Positions 24,281 through 38,095 of a stretch of DNA of 64,000 bases are shown here, piece after piece. The stretch is from Nemertoderma westbladi (Eukaryota; Animalia; Xenacoelomorpha). Position 1 is the first letter of the stretch. Every line of letters starts with the position of its first letter. Location: positions 62,001 through 126,000 of the forward strand of contig JAUCBJ010007580.1 of NCBI GenBank assembly GCA_032718475.1, given 5' to 3'. The position numbers and the translations under genes were made by a program. The notes below the pieces were generated by a model. That model was not told where the DNA came from, did not search any database, and saw only the letters and a list, made by a program, of their open reading frames with translations.

Positions 24281-25128
24281 CCCTATTCCACCTGGGGTTG
24301 GGCAGAATCTGCCCAACACTTTTTATTTTTAGAAATTCATGATGATGATTTTTATGTATTATTATGAAATTCATTGACTTTTCCTAGAATTTAATTGGTT
24401 TTCTGATGGTAACAAAATATTTTTTTCATCATTTATACTTTTTGTGCTATGGTGTGTTTTTCATATCATAGTCACATTTTTTTATTATAATATCTTTATT
24501 AGCCTAACTGGTAGAAAAGATAATCCCTGGTTGGATAGTTCCCCTGGTCAACAAGCTAGAATACAACCAATTACGGCCCAGGACATTCACTTGGCTGGGT
24601 TGTAAAGTTAAATTCAAACACAAGATTGTCTACTGCTTGGATTAGTACACATCAATCACATTATTTTTTAATAACAAACTACTAAATTGACAGATAAGCA
24701 AGCAATAAGTCTACTAGGATAAAACAACAACCACCATTGAAACCAGTATATTCCTAATGTAATACAGCAGACATAAACAGAGGTGAATAAATCTATTCAA
24801 TAACAGCACCCCTGCAAGCAAAATTTTCACTTGGGATGTCTGGCAGAGTTAGGCAGACAGTGGTGTTGGGAGGAGTATGTATAGTATTATCTCATCTTTT
24901 TACTATTATGGGTTATCTTCATGATAATTAATTTATATGGATATATTATTTAAAATTATGAATATATAAAACTCAGAACAGATGCATTATATATTTTTCT
25001 ATAAACCTGCGAAAATTTAGAAAGTTTTGATAAAATTATCATTACTTTTTAGTGTATAATAAACTGTTGGGCATATTATGCCCAACCCCAGGTGGAATCT
25101 CGGACAAAAGAGCCCAGGTGGAATAGGG
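24281..25128. mobile_element. piggyBac-type non-autonomous element (MITE)
   Basis: TTAA TSD at 24277-24280 and 25129-25132. TIR CCCTATTCCACCTGGG, plus an asymmetric subterminal repeat GTTGGGCA..TGCCCAAC. Confidence 0.93.
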
Positions 25129-28100
25129 TTAACGCAGTTTCCAGAACCCAACCCATCATCCACGTAGAACATGCGTTGAATCATATCGATCGCCTTTTCA
25201 CTATACTCACCCTCTTTGCCCTCCACTGTGTCTCTTACGGCTGTGGTTGTGGTGAATGAGGACGACTTGGCCCCCATATTCTGCACTACCATCTTGTACA
25301 TCGGTATCACTGATGGTTCTTCATTGCTGTTGTACCACAGGAAGCGTTGACTATCGCTATCCTCCTCAGTTACCTGCACTTGGTTAAACATGCCCTCGAT
25401 ATTGCACGTGAAGGCGTGTTTTCCAATTCTAAACCTCAACTGAACTTCTATCACTGAGCTGTAAATATTGGGGCCTTCTAGTAGGTAATCATTTCAGCTT
25501 TTGCCATTTGTCTTTGCAGAGGCATCGACCACCATCCTCAGCTTGCCCTTCTTGGGGTCCAAGGCCACATGAAGTGGCAAATAGTAAGTCCTGTCGGTGT
25601 CCAGTTGGTCTACTGGTAGCTCCTCAGCCCACCCCCGATCTACATACTTATTGATGGTCCTATGTATGTAGTCGTTCTTCTCCGGCCTCTGCCTAAGCAT
25701 TTGTTTTAACTTCCAGAGTCTCGTCTCGACCATCCTCCTGTTATTTGGTAGGGGTATCTTCGGCTCCTTCCATACCATTCCTATGGCATATTGCCCCCTC
25801 ATACTTCATCGATCACCTGACGCTCTCCTGCTCTGTTTGTCCTCTACGGGGGTTTCTATCCCGGTCTCCTTTAACCCCTCGAAGTCCTGCTGTAGCAGCC
25901 TTTTGAGTTATTCCTCTGCTCCCTCGTCCTTCATCTCTCTCATCGTTCCCGTGAACATGCACCCTGAGGATTTGGACACGCTAAACGGGATACTCGTCTT
26001 TATTGGTCCACTGAGTGCCCATCCGAATGGCGTGAGAATGGTCACCAGTTCATGCTCTTTGTCATCGCCGAAAATGGTTTGTAGCCTCTCATGGGCCATC
26101 AGACAGACCATGCCGGCTATGAGAGACACTTTTAGGACATCTAGTTTGGGCACGGAGAAGTTGATGCCGTCCAGGTACCGGTATTGTTTGATCTCGATCT
26201 TTGTTGGTCGCCTGGCATTGATATTGATAGACTCTATTACTTGGACGGGTTCGATGGAAGCCCCATAGTCGCATCCTGGTGTTATCGCCCCGATTTCACA
26301 CCGTCCCGTCCTCAACTTCATGACCTCATCTTTACTCACTGCCGTTTTACTTGGCTTGATCTTCAATCCTATTTTCTCGGCCACCCAACTCTCCGTTAGC
26401 ATGAACGCTGCTCCACTATTGACTAACATTAGCGTTGTAATTGATAGTCCATTTTCTCCAATCATTCTTACTGGTACCACTCCGAGTAGTACTGTTCCCT
26501 TCCTCTTTATTCCCGTGGTGCTCGTCGCCATCATCTGGCCCCAAGTTCCATCAGTCTCAGCATACTTAATCGGAGGTTCTTGACATTCGTCCTTCCTGTG
26601 TCCTCCTACCGCACATCGGTGACATAGTCCTAATTTCCCAGTATAAACTATTCGGTCTTGTTTAAGTAATGCCTGCCAATGCTTACATTTTATGGTCTTA
26701 TGGTTTTATGGTCTCCGCTTCTATACAATTAACATTTGTAGTCGGGGTTGTAGCGTTCCTTATATAGCGCTTCGTGTATCGCATTTAGATTCATATCTGG
26801 CAGTTTAGTGTTTTGGTTGCTTGGACTCGGCCTACTGGGTGTATTAGGTTTATATCTATTGCTGTTGTTGTTTTGTCTCTGTCCCTGCCATGATGTGGCT
26901 CTATTCCCAGGGCTCTGCAGACTCGTAGTCTCTTGTCACATTCAGAAGTGCATTCTCCGCACTATGTTCCGGTTTAGGTTGTCTATATTCTGTTTTTGGT
27001 ACTTTACCTAGACTGTTCTCAAGATAAACTGGATCCGTTATCAACTCCGCCTCATAGTTAAGGAAGTTCGTCATCTCATCCAACCCCAGCTCCGCACCCT
27101 TCTTCTTTCTCCATTTATCCCTCAACCAAATCGGTAATGCCTGCGCTATGGTTGTGATGTTATTCGAAGCATCGAGTTTGTATGGTGCATCTAGCAGCGT
27201 CTTTAAGACTATCAACGCCGTTTCTACTTTGTTAGCAAACGTTTTGATACTAGCAGGGTTGTCTGCGAGTTCGCCTGATGTTATTTCCCTTAAGGTTTGT
27301 CGGATAATCTTCACAGGATGGCCAAATTTCCTAACCAAGGCTCTCCAGGCTGTTGTAAATCCTCCTTCAATTCCCTGATATTGCCTCACAATGTCGTAGG
27401 TTGGCCCCCCTGTATAGACTTGTAGATATTTAAGGCACTCCGCCTGTGTGAGATTTTTCATAAGAATCTCATTGCTGTACATCCTCCGGAACTGTAGATA
27501 TTCTTCCGGCTTGCTACCATCAAACTTGAAAGGCTCCACGGGTGGCAGCTCTATTATAGTCTTTAGCGCATCGATGAGTGTTGCCATTCCCACCGCTTGA
27601 ATTTCCAGTGCGCTTGACGGTACGGATGCAGGCTCCTTCGATGTTGACTGTGCTTCGCCTCTTGGGTTCGTCGACTTTCCCTGAGTAGGATATATCATCT
27701 TGGGTAACGGTCCCCTCCATATCTCAGTGTTGCATGATCTATTTGGATCTGACGTTGTTGCAATTTTAATTTTTGGTTGCGTGTATTGTGGATACAGTGA
27801 TGGGGGAATGTCACCATGCCCCCCTCCCCCACCGGTGTTATATTTTGCACTGGGGTAGATGTCATTATATTGGGGCCCATGCATGCACCTATCTGCAATA
27901 CCCTCCACCCCCTCCCCTGGGTATGTGCTATATCCCTGCATATTATAGTCATAATGGTGTGCAGGACGCAGGTACCAGTATAGGCCTAGCACGTTCCTGC
28001 CTACTCACAGGTATGTAAGCTGCAACCTCCGGGTCCAATCCTGGCATTCGCGCTACCCTATCACCTACACTATCTCATCCAGCATGGCTTATAGTATGTG

Positions 28101-30636
28101 CAGTAAGGCCTACAGTATGTCCTGCAGTCTGGATGTGTTCCTCCCGATCGAAGTTTAATCTTCTCGATATTCCGAGAACTCCTCCCACGACTACCATATC
28201 GTCAATTGGAAGCTACGTCCCGATGGGAAGTTTCCCTTCGATCACTTCTTCTATCTTCCTCCTCGTCCTGGTACAATCTGTACCCCTCTCTCGGTGTGTA
28301 ATATATTTCGCCAGGCTGTGTTTCCCTGGGGCAACAGCAATCTCCCGAAGTACAACCCCACTGGTCCTCCCTCTCTACCTCAACTATCGACAGTTCACTG
28401 TCCGCCCTATCTCGGCATCTCCAGTTGCCCGTAGCAACATCTCCTCATTCCTCCTCGCATCCTCTGGTTTCGGCGTTATATCCCCATTCATGAGGTCTCG
28501 TCTCGACCTCCCAGATGAACTCTACTGTTCTCCTTCCGTCTTCCAAGCAGGTGCAATGTTCTCTCATTTGGCCGCTTACGGCACCAACGTTCCTCCCCCT
28601 ACCTGGTTGTACGGCCTCATAGATATTTGCTGCCCTTCTACTCTCCTTCATTGTTGGTAGCCCCGGTTCACTTAACTCATCGCCCGCATTTCCCACTGAC
28701 GTTTGTGGGGAGACTATTGCCCCCCCCCCCTTTCCCCCGTCGTTGGAAGCCCCGGTTCACTTAACTCACCGCACATATTTCCCGCCGACGTCGGTAGTCT
28801 TTTATTACCCCCCCCCCCCCCCCCCCCCCCGTCAATTCTCACTTCACCCCGTTCCCCCCCTTGCCCATGCTCCCCTCCAATCGACACGTCTCTTCTGCTC
28901 TCCCTGGGTTCTTTCACCTGCGTTTCTCTCTGCGCAATCGCATGGCCTTGTAGGCCTCTGCTAGGCGAATTACTTGCTTCCCTAACGTTCGCATTAATTA
29001 TACTGTCACTAGCCTCGCCATGATTATTTATTATAATATTATTCGAATTATTTTGGTTAATTTCACTGGGATTACTTATTATATTATCATTTATTGTACC
29101 ACTACTAACGTTATTATTTAAATTATTTTGATTATTCGCCGTGCCAACATTTACATTATTATTATTTGTTAAAAAGTTATTTCATGTAAGAAATGTTTCG
29201 TTATTATCAGGGTTATTATTAATATTAATGCTCCCATTAAATGTATTGTCATTACCCCCCCCCCCCCCCCCCCCCATCCGTCCTGTCACACCAGTTTTGT
29301 GTCTGTCGTCCAGTAGCTGTAAGTGGGGTATTAACAAAAGTTACCATTACCCCTGGTTCCTCATAAATACTTCCCGCACCAGCTTCGCTCTCTGATAAAC
29401 CCATTCTCACCAGTTCTAATCAGCGTTTTTGTCTCGCCTCAATCATAGGCTATATATCCTAATATCTAATATCCTAATATCCTAATCACCTATATATTAA
29501 TAATGTGCCCTCAATCATATCATCCCTCAATCTTTGACCTGCCCTCTCTCTCTCTCTGTCCTCTCTGTCACTTTGATCGGCTAACTCTGCCTCCCTCGCC
29601 TCTCGCTCTCTGCGCACATTCACCTCCCTTTCCTCCTGTTAATTACGCTCACTATTTTCTTTCTCCTACCATTCTCTATGCTCACTCTTTTCTTTCTCCT
29701 CACATTCTCTATAGTTTCTCACCACCTTCTCGGCCCTCTCTTTACACTCTCTCTCTTGCTCCCTTTCCCTTTCTAATAACACAGTCCCCTCATCCTGCTG
29801 TCTCTCTAATTCCTTTTGGTCTAATGCGACCATGTCTTGCTGACACGCCAGATCTATCTCTATCACCCTTCTTGCTTTCACAGAGGATGTAATGGACTTT
29901 TCGGTTGCGATGGACTCCCATCGCCTGTTCGTTCTACTAATTTTGTCGTACTTGCTAGCATTTCTACTAACCGATGACACCGAATCCTCAGGGTTAACCT
30001 CGGGTTCGGCGTCTTGCAGATCCGCCCATCCCACTAACTTAATTCCCCGCACATCCACCAGATAGGGCCCTATGTACACTACACCAGATGGCATTATCTC
30101 AGATCGCCACAATTCAAACAGTTCTGTGGCCACCCCCCTTACCTTTTCACTTGCCAGTTCCCCCTGCCCAAATCAGACTAGGTAGTGAAAATGTTTATTA
30201 CAATCACCAAGTCTCCGGTACAACATGGGCTGATCTACCTTTCCTCCAGTCTTAGCATCTTTGAGTATCTTCCTCGTCGCATCGAATCCGGGTCGTAGGC
30301 AATCGCCTGGCCCGATGTCTTCCTCCTGAACTTGGCCTTCTCTCCTCGTCCAGCGTTGTTTAACATTAAAAAATTTACTTTTTTTGTTAACATTATTATT
30401 TATGGTAGCTATGGTGTTTTTATGGAGCTTGTGAATTATTTACTAGCTAGTAATAGTATGTATTTAAAATGTTTAAAACTGATTTTTTTATATACTGCGT
30501 AAGTATACTGTATGTGTTGTTGGTTGTTTAACAAGCCTAAATTATTATCCTAGATAATAGCTGGATCTCATTTAGGGACTATTATAATATCATCAATATT
30601 TTTGGTAATTAATATAATCAGCAACAGTTTGGCCTA

Positions 30637-33600
30637 ATTATTATTATTATTATTATTTTCATACAATGTTTATATAGTAAGAAACATGTACAACAGAGTA
30701 AATACTAGCACAAAGACTTAACAAATACAATTAGGCCTAAGTATAATAAGCAATAATATACACAGAAATTCTTAATAGAAAATGCGAAAAAATTCGTATA
30801 ACTAGTCCCCACACACTGAATTTATAATTAGATCGATCTCATCACGGTTAAAACCCAAAATATCGATTTCATTATTGCGGTAATTAAGTAGTTCTTTAAT
30901 TAATTGAATAGTGCGCGGATCCCCGTTTTTATACCACTTTCTTGATGCTACCTGCTTGGACATGAGCTTTCAGTAAGTTCAACTCTTGACAAAAGTTTCC
31001 AATGCGGCGGAAGTTAACCCCACTGACTGTTCTACAATCCGGCAGAGAGACATTCGCGAGAAATTTGACACATAATTTATTGCTGTTGAGGAGAGACTGT
31101 GCAAAAGAAACAAACCGGCTGCAAATCATTGACATCGGATGCGGAAAAGTACACAAACCCTCCACAATATAAGAATGAGTTTTGTAAGGAAGGTTGTAGA
31201 CCGTACGGACATTAATATTCCACGCGCGGCCCACACGCTGCGCTCCATCCGAACAGATATCCCACAAACTGCTACAATACAAACACATCGCATATCTTCT
31301 TTGTATTTCAAACAAACACGATGGATATGAGAATGAAAATTCCTGGTGTAAACTCCGTAATTTGCCTATAAATTGTCCTCTCTTACGAGTCATGTCTTGA
31401 TCAAAGCTGCAGTTATAATCAACAACATTGCCAAGGTGCATCGCCTTCTTAACCCACGGAAGCTTAACTCCATCAAGTTTAACGTTATTACTAGGCTCAG
31501 ACCAACGTTTTACAAACGGGATACACTTTGATTTGCTTTTTGCTGGGTCACTATCGCGGCTGAATTTTAATTTGTATTTCAAAGAGAATTCCTCACAAAT
31601 CGAGATCATAAATGGTAGACCAACTATTGTAGGACATAATAACAATAAGTCATCGGCATATGCCAATACACCGAAATACACTGAACTGATACTGCAACCA
31701 ACCTTGGACTTACGAAGAGCCACAATCAGTTTGTCTACAATGATTCAAAAAAGAACCGGCGAGGCTACCGAACCCTGCCTGACGCCATTCGAAACCAAAA
31801 AAAGGATCTGATAAATTGTTACCCCATTTAACACAACATGACTGTTCCTTGTACTTCCACAGAAGCACCCTTACAAACAAAACCGAAAAACCTTTCTCTT
31901 GTAACTCCATAAATAATGTTACCCAATCCACCATATCGAACGCTTTCGATAAATCAAGAAAACACCCATAGACTGGGGTTGAGAACCGCGAATAATGCGA
32001 AATGACTTCTTTAGCAGTCCATGTACAGCTGGTGGTACTCGAACCTTTTTGAAAGCCAAACTGAAGTTCATCTACAAGAACTCTGTCCCCTTGAGAAAGT
32101 AGCATTACCCACTCAAACACCTTAATAAGTAGTGAAGATAACGCTATTGCCCGGTAATTATTTGATTTACTGAGATCACCCAAATTGTCTTTAACCAATG
32201 GAACAAGAGAACAAGTTAGAAGGTACTTAGGGACAAACCCATGAATGAGGAAGCTATTGAACATTGTCGCAATGTGTGCGTGTAGTAATTCTCCTCCATT
32301 AATCAGACAATCGGAATTAAAATCAAAAAGAACATCAGATTTCGAATGTTTCAGTTTGAGTATAGCTGCTCTGACAAGTTCTGGAGTGATTTTATCCGAA
32401 TCATGAACTGAGTAGCTGCTCAATTTAACAATAATTTCCTGGTCTAGTGCATTACTATCTGTACCATATTCCTGGTTGAATAGCCTCGAGTATATCGATG
32501 CAAAATTACCTGCAATCCCCTTACCATCTGCAATTCCATCAATGGTGCTGCTCAGCATACCGCATTTACGCCCACGCAAATTCTTTATCGTACTAAAAAT
32601 ATCATTATTATTATCCAGGCACGCTTGTAAAAATTTATCTCTCATTACTGTATCACTCGACTTTTTTAGACGTCGTACTGCTTATTTATATTGTGCTCTT
32701 GATGAACAACGTAAATAAAACAAATTACCGTTATTTGCATCTGGTTTACCAGCTGCACACCACATATTATGCCAGAACATGGCTTCCGTTTTATACGGCT
32801 TCACATAATCATTCCACCCCGGCCATTGTTTATTATTTGAAGCACCTGATACCGGTAAACAATTACATGCTGCTTTATCAATAGCATCGAACACCTCAAA
32901 ACAATAACATTCTAAATCAATTGTGTGTTCTGGGTTGTCACACAAAATATTGCTACACTGGCTACATTCTAAATTAAGATTACTGAGTGAATTATTTAAA
33001 CAACTAATAAAATTGTCCTTTTCTGTATCATTTGCCTTATGAAAATTAGGCTTCCATTTATTCACGTTGTCTGATACATCGGGTACAGAATTTATATGAA
33101 CGTAATTAAATTGTGCATAAATAGGGCTATGGTTAGATAAATTATCTCCCGAATGCACAACCCCACAATCTGACATATTATCAATAAGAGTACTCGAACA
33201 CATAAAACGATCAATTAACGATCTACTTATGGTGTTGTTGGCACAAAACATATATGTATAATCTGCCTCGTGGAAGTCACATATGTCTACAAGACCAATC
33301 TCATTGAAAAATGATTGTACTGTACGAACATGTGCCGTGGATCACACAAAATCGGTATTCAGATCTCCCGCTAGCAATGTAAGGGGCGAACCGTTGTTAT
33401 TTAAAACTACGAATGTCGTTCAATATTATCAAGAGTTCATCTGACACTGTATCACGTAACTGTGGATCAACAGGAAAATACGCATTTAACAAAAGCAATG
33501 GGTTACTTTCACCGGGCAAATATAACTGAACAGCCTGCAAACGATAATTACCAGTTTTTACTGTATTAACATTAATAAATTTCATCAATTCTCTTTTAAT

Positions 33601-34255
33601 AAATATACATAGTCCTCCTACCGGACGACTACGTTGCTGCTCATTACGATAGACCGCAGGTTCTATAGCACAATAAAACTCAGAAAATGCATTACGTATT
33701 CGATAACTATTATCTTTTAAAATAAAATGTTCCTGCAAACAAATGATATCCGACCCCAACGAAAGCACCTTCAAAAAGTCAATTTTATTATCTGCAAAAC
33801 CTGTGCTGTTGTACGAGACAAATTTAAGTTTACTACGACTTAGACTACTATTAGGTTCAGTTAATGGTGGTGGAGTAGCCATGATGTGATATATACAAGC
33901 GATAATAAAAATAACAAATCAGACTATATATACACTATGCTTACTAATCAACCTGTGGCGGGGGGCCCCTCCGATCGACGTTTGAGCTAGGATAGAATAC
34001 ATACTTGCGAACACACACTCCCGCAGGCCAAATGTCTAGATTCAGCAACTCCTCTAGTTTATCGATCGAATAAGAAACCCGGAAGCTCATCGTGCGCGCA
34101 TCATCGTGAGACATTTTTACCATATCTTTCTCTGTAACGGTAATGTTACTGAACTTGAGATCTTCTACGATATCAGCTGCTGTAGTACCTCATCGCAATC
34201 GGAAAACAAACACCGAGCCCGGAGCGGCTTTAGATCTCAAGGATGAACTACCGCT
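30637..34255 (-). mobile_element. Non-LTR retrotransposon (APE-RT LINE, RTE-X-like), 5'-truncated
   Basis: ORF1 C-terminal remnant (SFRVS..LDIWPAGVCVR, ~33950-34250), ORF2 with APE and RT, and a 3' (TAA)n tail at 30637-30657. Clade assignment is tentative. Confidence 0.85.
30929..33882 (-). pseudogene. LINE ORF2 (APE endonuclease + RT), disrupted
   Basis: SYNSTG, DIICLQEH, IDRF, SNHSPI; NYRAIAL, QFGFQ, FLDLSKAFD, YADD. Split into four ORFs by stops and frameshifts. Confidence 0.9.
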
Positions 34256-34530
34256 TTAATTCTTTAATTCTGAAATATCAATGTTTTCACAAGTGTTTTT
34301 ATAATTTCAAGGAAATGCTAGCTAGTAAAAAAAATCACTAGCTACACCTTAATAAATAATATATAATAATATTCTCAAACACTACCAATAACAAAAATAA
34401 AAAAAAATACAGTATTTTTAAATTTCAAAAAATTCTAGCAAGTAAATAACACTAGCTACCATAAGAAATATCTCTACTAATGTTCTAGAACATTCACCAA
34501 TATCAAAAAAGCACTAAAAAGTTGCTATCA

Positions 34531-34785
34531 GGAACCGGACAATTCGGTCCCGGACAATTCGGTCTGGACAATTTGGTCCCAGACAATTCGGTCCCGGACA
34601 ATTCGGTCCTGGGACAATTCGGTCCTAGGACAATTCGGTCCTAGGACAATTCGGTCCCGGACAATTTGGTCCCATTTATTTAGTGTTTTGGGACCGAATT
34701 GTCCGGGACCGAATTGCCCGGGACCGAATTGTCCGGACCGAATTGTCTGGGACCGAAATGTCCAGGACCGAATTGTCCTACATCC
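34531..34785. repeat. Foldback element: ~9 tandem 15-mers GGACAATTCGGTCCC facing ~6 inverted copies
   Basis: Arms at 34536-34673 and 34690-34778 with a ~16-bp AT-rich loop. Confidence 0.9.
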
Positions 34786-34789
34786 TTTT

Positions 34790-35345
34790 GGAAAGTATGT
34801 GTCGCCGCTTCCGCTAGCTGCTGAAAGGCATGTGGTATCTGAAAGGCCGGAGGCCGAAAGAATAACTGAGTTTTTAGTGGCAGTTGTTCATAATGTCAGA
34901 ATACAATAATAGCACAATCAGTATATTATAATAGCACGGTTAATGACGACAGTCTAAACCGTATTGCTTCCACACTCGGTATAAACCAACTAAACCACAG
35001 GTAATAAAGACAACGGTTATATTAGTAACACACATGGAATATTGCTACCTAGTGTTTTGGTCCAATGAATGCACATTAATCAAGTGGTAATCTGCCCCAC
35101 CATTGGCTAATCTATTCTTCCTCCTCTGGCAATCCCTAATCTATGGTGCCCACGTGCTAACTTCATTTTCTTCCCACTGAGAATGCTTGGAGCCTCTCAT
35201 CTCTCCTTGTGGCTGGCATTGTATATTGCCTCCGTTGGTTGGTAGGTGACATTATATTGGTAATGTCGCCTAGTCAACTATAATTGGTAAAAAGCCACTT
35301 TCCACATTTTCCACTGGGTGGTGCAGCGAATTGGATCCGCTAACA
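34790..35345 (-). repeat. Putative displaced 5' LTR/leader of BEL/Pao copy 2
   Basis: Short colinear matches to 9900-10504 (GCCGAA..ACTGAGTTT, GTATTGC, TGCTACCTA, CTTCCCACT, TATTGC) and the same terminus GGGTG..AGCG..ATTG.AT..GCTAACA. Confidence 0.45.
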
Positions 35346-35479
35346 ATTACACATCAAAAAAGCAAAGCAAGCAAATAAATTATAAATAATATTTAAATAT
35401 GTCAATAAGGTATCCAACATTATTAATATAACATCGCTGAATATATATAGTCCAACAAACATGGTTATTGTTATTACAG

Positions 35480-35605
35480 TTGACCCTTGCAACACAGTTG
35501 ACCCTTGTGACATCAATGCAACCTGTACCGGTTTCCCTGGAGAGTACTTTTGTCACTGTAACGATGGATTTAACGGAAATGGATATATTCTTGGAGGATG
35601 TAAAG
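35480..35605 (+). CDS. Exon: EGF-like domain
   Basis: TTACAG acceptor, GTACGG donor, 126 nt, phase 1-1. VDPCNTVDPCDINATCTGFPGEYFCHCNDGFNGNGYILGGCK (6 Cys). Confidence 0.9.
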
Positions 35606-36605
35606 GTACGGGTATAATTTATAGTAATGATTCTCTATAAAGAACCTGGGAAGTGCCTCATAAACCAAAAAATATAGAATGTTGGTAGCTGGGAATATAT
35701 TTTGAAATTGTTTTCCTGCTTTGGAGACCATGGTTCTGGAAGTCAGGACTGGAACACCTTCGGATATGTAAGGGACAAGAGAAAGGGGGAGTCATGACCA
35801 GCATTGAATGGGCTGTTCAAGATTGGTAGGCTCATATAATACATCAAAATCTTATGGTCCGAATATTTAGAGCAGCAGTAGAACCAACACATCTTTATGA
35901 GATTCCCTGTTCCCTCACATGACCAGGCCTTTGGTTTCGCCTTTGGTGGCCTCATTAAGTGAATAAGCGTGGTTGGCAGTACAATAACTTTATTGGGATG
36001 TCTCTCAACCATTTCCATTCCAACACTTTAAAATGGCAGTAGCCCTTCTTGCCCAGAAGGTTTATTATTCCTATCTAAAACCTCTAATATCTTTGTAATT
36101 ATATCCAACTCAGGAAAATGGAGCTCATATTCGTGTTGGGCTGAAAAAAATTCGGTAGAAAATTTAATTATTTTATATTGCTTGGAGGGTTTCTGGTTAC
36201 AGGTTGTTAATTATATTTCAGAGATTTTTCAGTGTTCATTGTTTCCATTTTTAATGCAGCAGTGCGCCGCCCTTCAATGTTCAAAAGTGAACTTTTTTGA
36301 AGGTGAAATAATCTATATAATATATAAAGATTTCCCATAAATTTAATATAAATTTTCTAGTATGGTAGGAATATAATTCATGGGGCCATGTTATTTATTT
36401 TTGTTTTTTATTTAATTTAATATCACTTTGACAATTGAATACCGTAATCTTTAACCGTTAAAAACAAGTATTAGAATTATTAAATAGTATAGGATAATAA
36501 AACTGAGATCTTCATGTTTTAGCTATTGGTCTCAGCTAATCCAATGATCCAGTTTCCAGATTCGAATTTATATTAATAATATTACCTGACTATATTTTGG
36601 TGCAG

Positions 36606-36743
36606 ACATAGACGAATGTGCTGAAAAGAGTGACAACTGCGACGACTCCAGGACCACATGTAGAAACACACATGGATCATACGAGTGCGACTGTAACGAT
36701 GGTTACACACGTGTGGACGAACATAGCTGCGAAAGTGATACTG
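36606..36743 (+). CDS. Exon: calcium-binding EGF domain
   Basis: TGCAG acceptor, GTTAGT donor, 138 nt, phase 1-1. DIDECAEKSDNCDDSRTTCRNTHGSYECDCNDGYTRVDEHSCESDT. Confidence 0.93.
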
Positions 36744-37972
36744 GTTAGTTGAAAAAATGGAAACTTCAGTTTATAATAATACGTTATGGGGCCTTCACGC
36801 ACCACCACAATCTACTGTATGTTAAACTGTATTAATATCTATTAGACATAGCCAATGTAAACTGTCAAATGTATTGTCATAAATTATTTGTTGTAAATTG
36901 TTATTTTGACCTTAGTTTATTGTTTTTGTGCAACTATAACCTTCTCATTTCCCGTACTTCACATTTTAACATTGACATTAGCTATTAATTCAAAGAGATG
37001 GGATTTGTATCTGTTTCAAAATAGGTAAATTTTAACCATACATTTATATGTTATTTCCGAAACCCCTTTCCATTTTGAAGTTTTTTGATAGTTTAGTTTA
37101 GTATAGTTTAGTCTTTGTTATTGTTTTTACATAATGCATATATAAATAAATCTATCTATCCCTGTTTAGAAAACCTCATATTTAGAGAGTGAGCTAGCTA
37201 ATTTCCACAAGTTAAACTGTTCTACCTCATTGTTACAGCTATTATAGGCCATATTAGATTGTAACATGTTATTGGTTTAATCCATTACCTATTTACAATT
37301 GTAATTACTCTATGTAGATTCGACCCCTGTCACTCATTCAATATAACATTATAATACATTAATTGCATTGAGTTACCGATTACAATTTTAGGTGTCATAT
37401 AACGGTTCTGACAAGGCAGAACAAGTTTGTATGGTTTTGGTGACATCAGACTTGTGGGGTATTTATCAGTGTATGTATATGGCAGTCCCCGTTCGGGTTG
37501 GTGACCCATCGTTCTATAATACCCATACAAAAAATTTTACCCAGTTATTCCAGCTCTATTGTAGGTAGAGACATCGACCATGTCCCGGAAGTAAACCAGT
37601 CAACTAAAAAACAAGAGCTAAAGCTCCTCCTATGATTTCTTACACTCCTTTACCTCAAACTGAAACATCCATGTTCAACGTAACAAGGATTCCACTTGTT
37701 GGTGTTCGTTTCATATGAATTCCTGACTGATCGTCATATTATACTAACCGTTAATCATGTGATGAACTCTCACGAGATGTATTTTTTGTTTACTGAAGTG
37801 TTACTTACAGTGTCAGTTAATCCTCTATGAATCCAATCAACCAGCTGTGTTAAATTAATTTAATATCCTAAACTGAGATATCACTCCATGTAAAATTGAA
37901 CTGGATTAAATTAGTGCGGTACTATTAACTATATTTTAATTAAAAATACATTACGTTACCTAATATTTTCAG

Positions 37973-38095
37973 ATTGTGCTAATTTGGTTGACAGGAATGT
38001 TCACTGCGCTATCTGGGCCGATCTTGGTGAATGCGAAGTAAATCCCGACTACATGCTGGGGAATTGTGCTGCAAGCTGTCACGGCTGCGAAGATC
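37973..38095 (+). CDS. Exon: ShK domain 1
   Basis: TTTTCAG acceptor, GTTAGT donor, 123 nt, phase 1-1. DCANLVDRNVHCAIWADLGECEVNPDYMLGNCAASCHGCED. Confidence 0.93.

Larger units (their letters stand above)
18200..30350 (-). pseudogene. gag-pol of BEL/Pao copy 2, fragmented and interrupted
   Basis: Fragments 18341-19170 (IN), 22063-23140 (RH), 25017-25802 (RT, YVDD), 25908-26534 (PR), 26901-27992 (Gag) and 29666-30133 align by eye with copy 1. Confidence 0.9.
12160..35345 (-). mobile_element. BEL/Pao retrotransposon copy 2 (decayed sister of copy 1) with nested insertions, in intron 1 of host gene
   Basis: Colinear homology to copy 1 across gag, PR, RT, RH, IN, the spacer and the ORF2 start. 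Many stops and frameshifts. Ends approximate; no 3' LTR seen. Confidence 0.85.

Noticed and set aside
35743-36018. 91-aa minus-strand ORF in intron 2
   Set aside because: No recognisable motif; probably a decayed repeat fragment.
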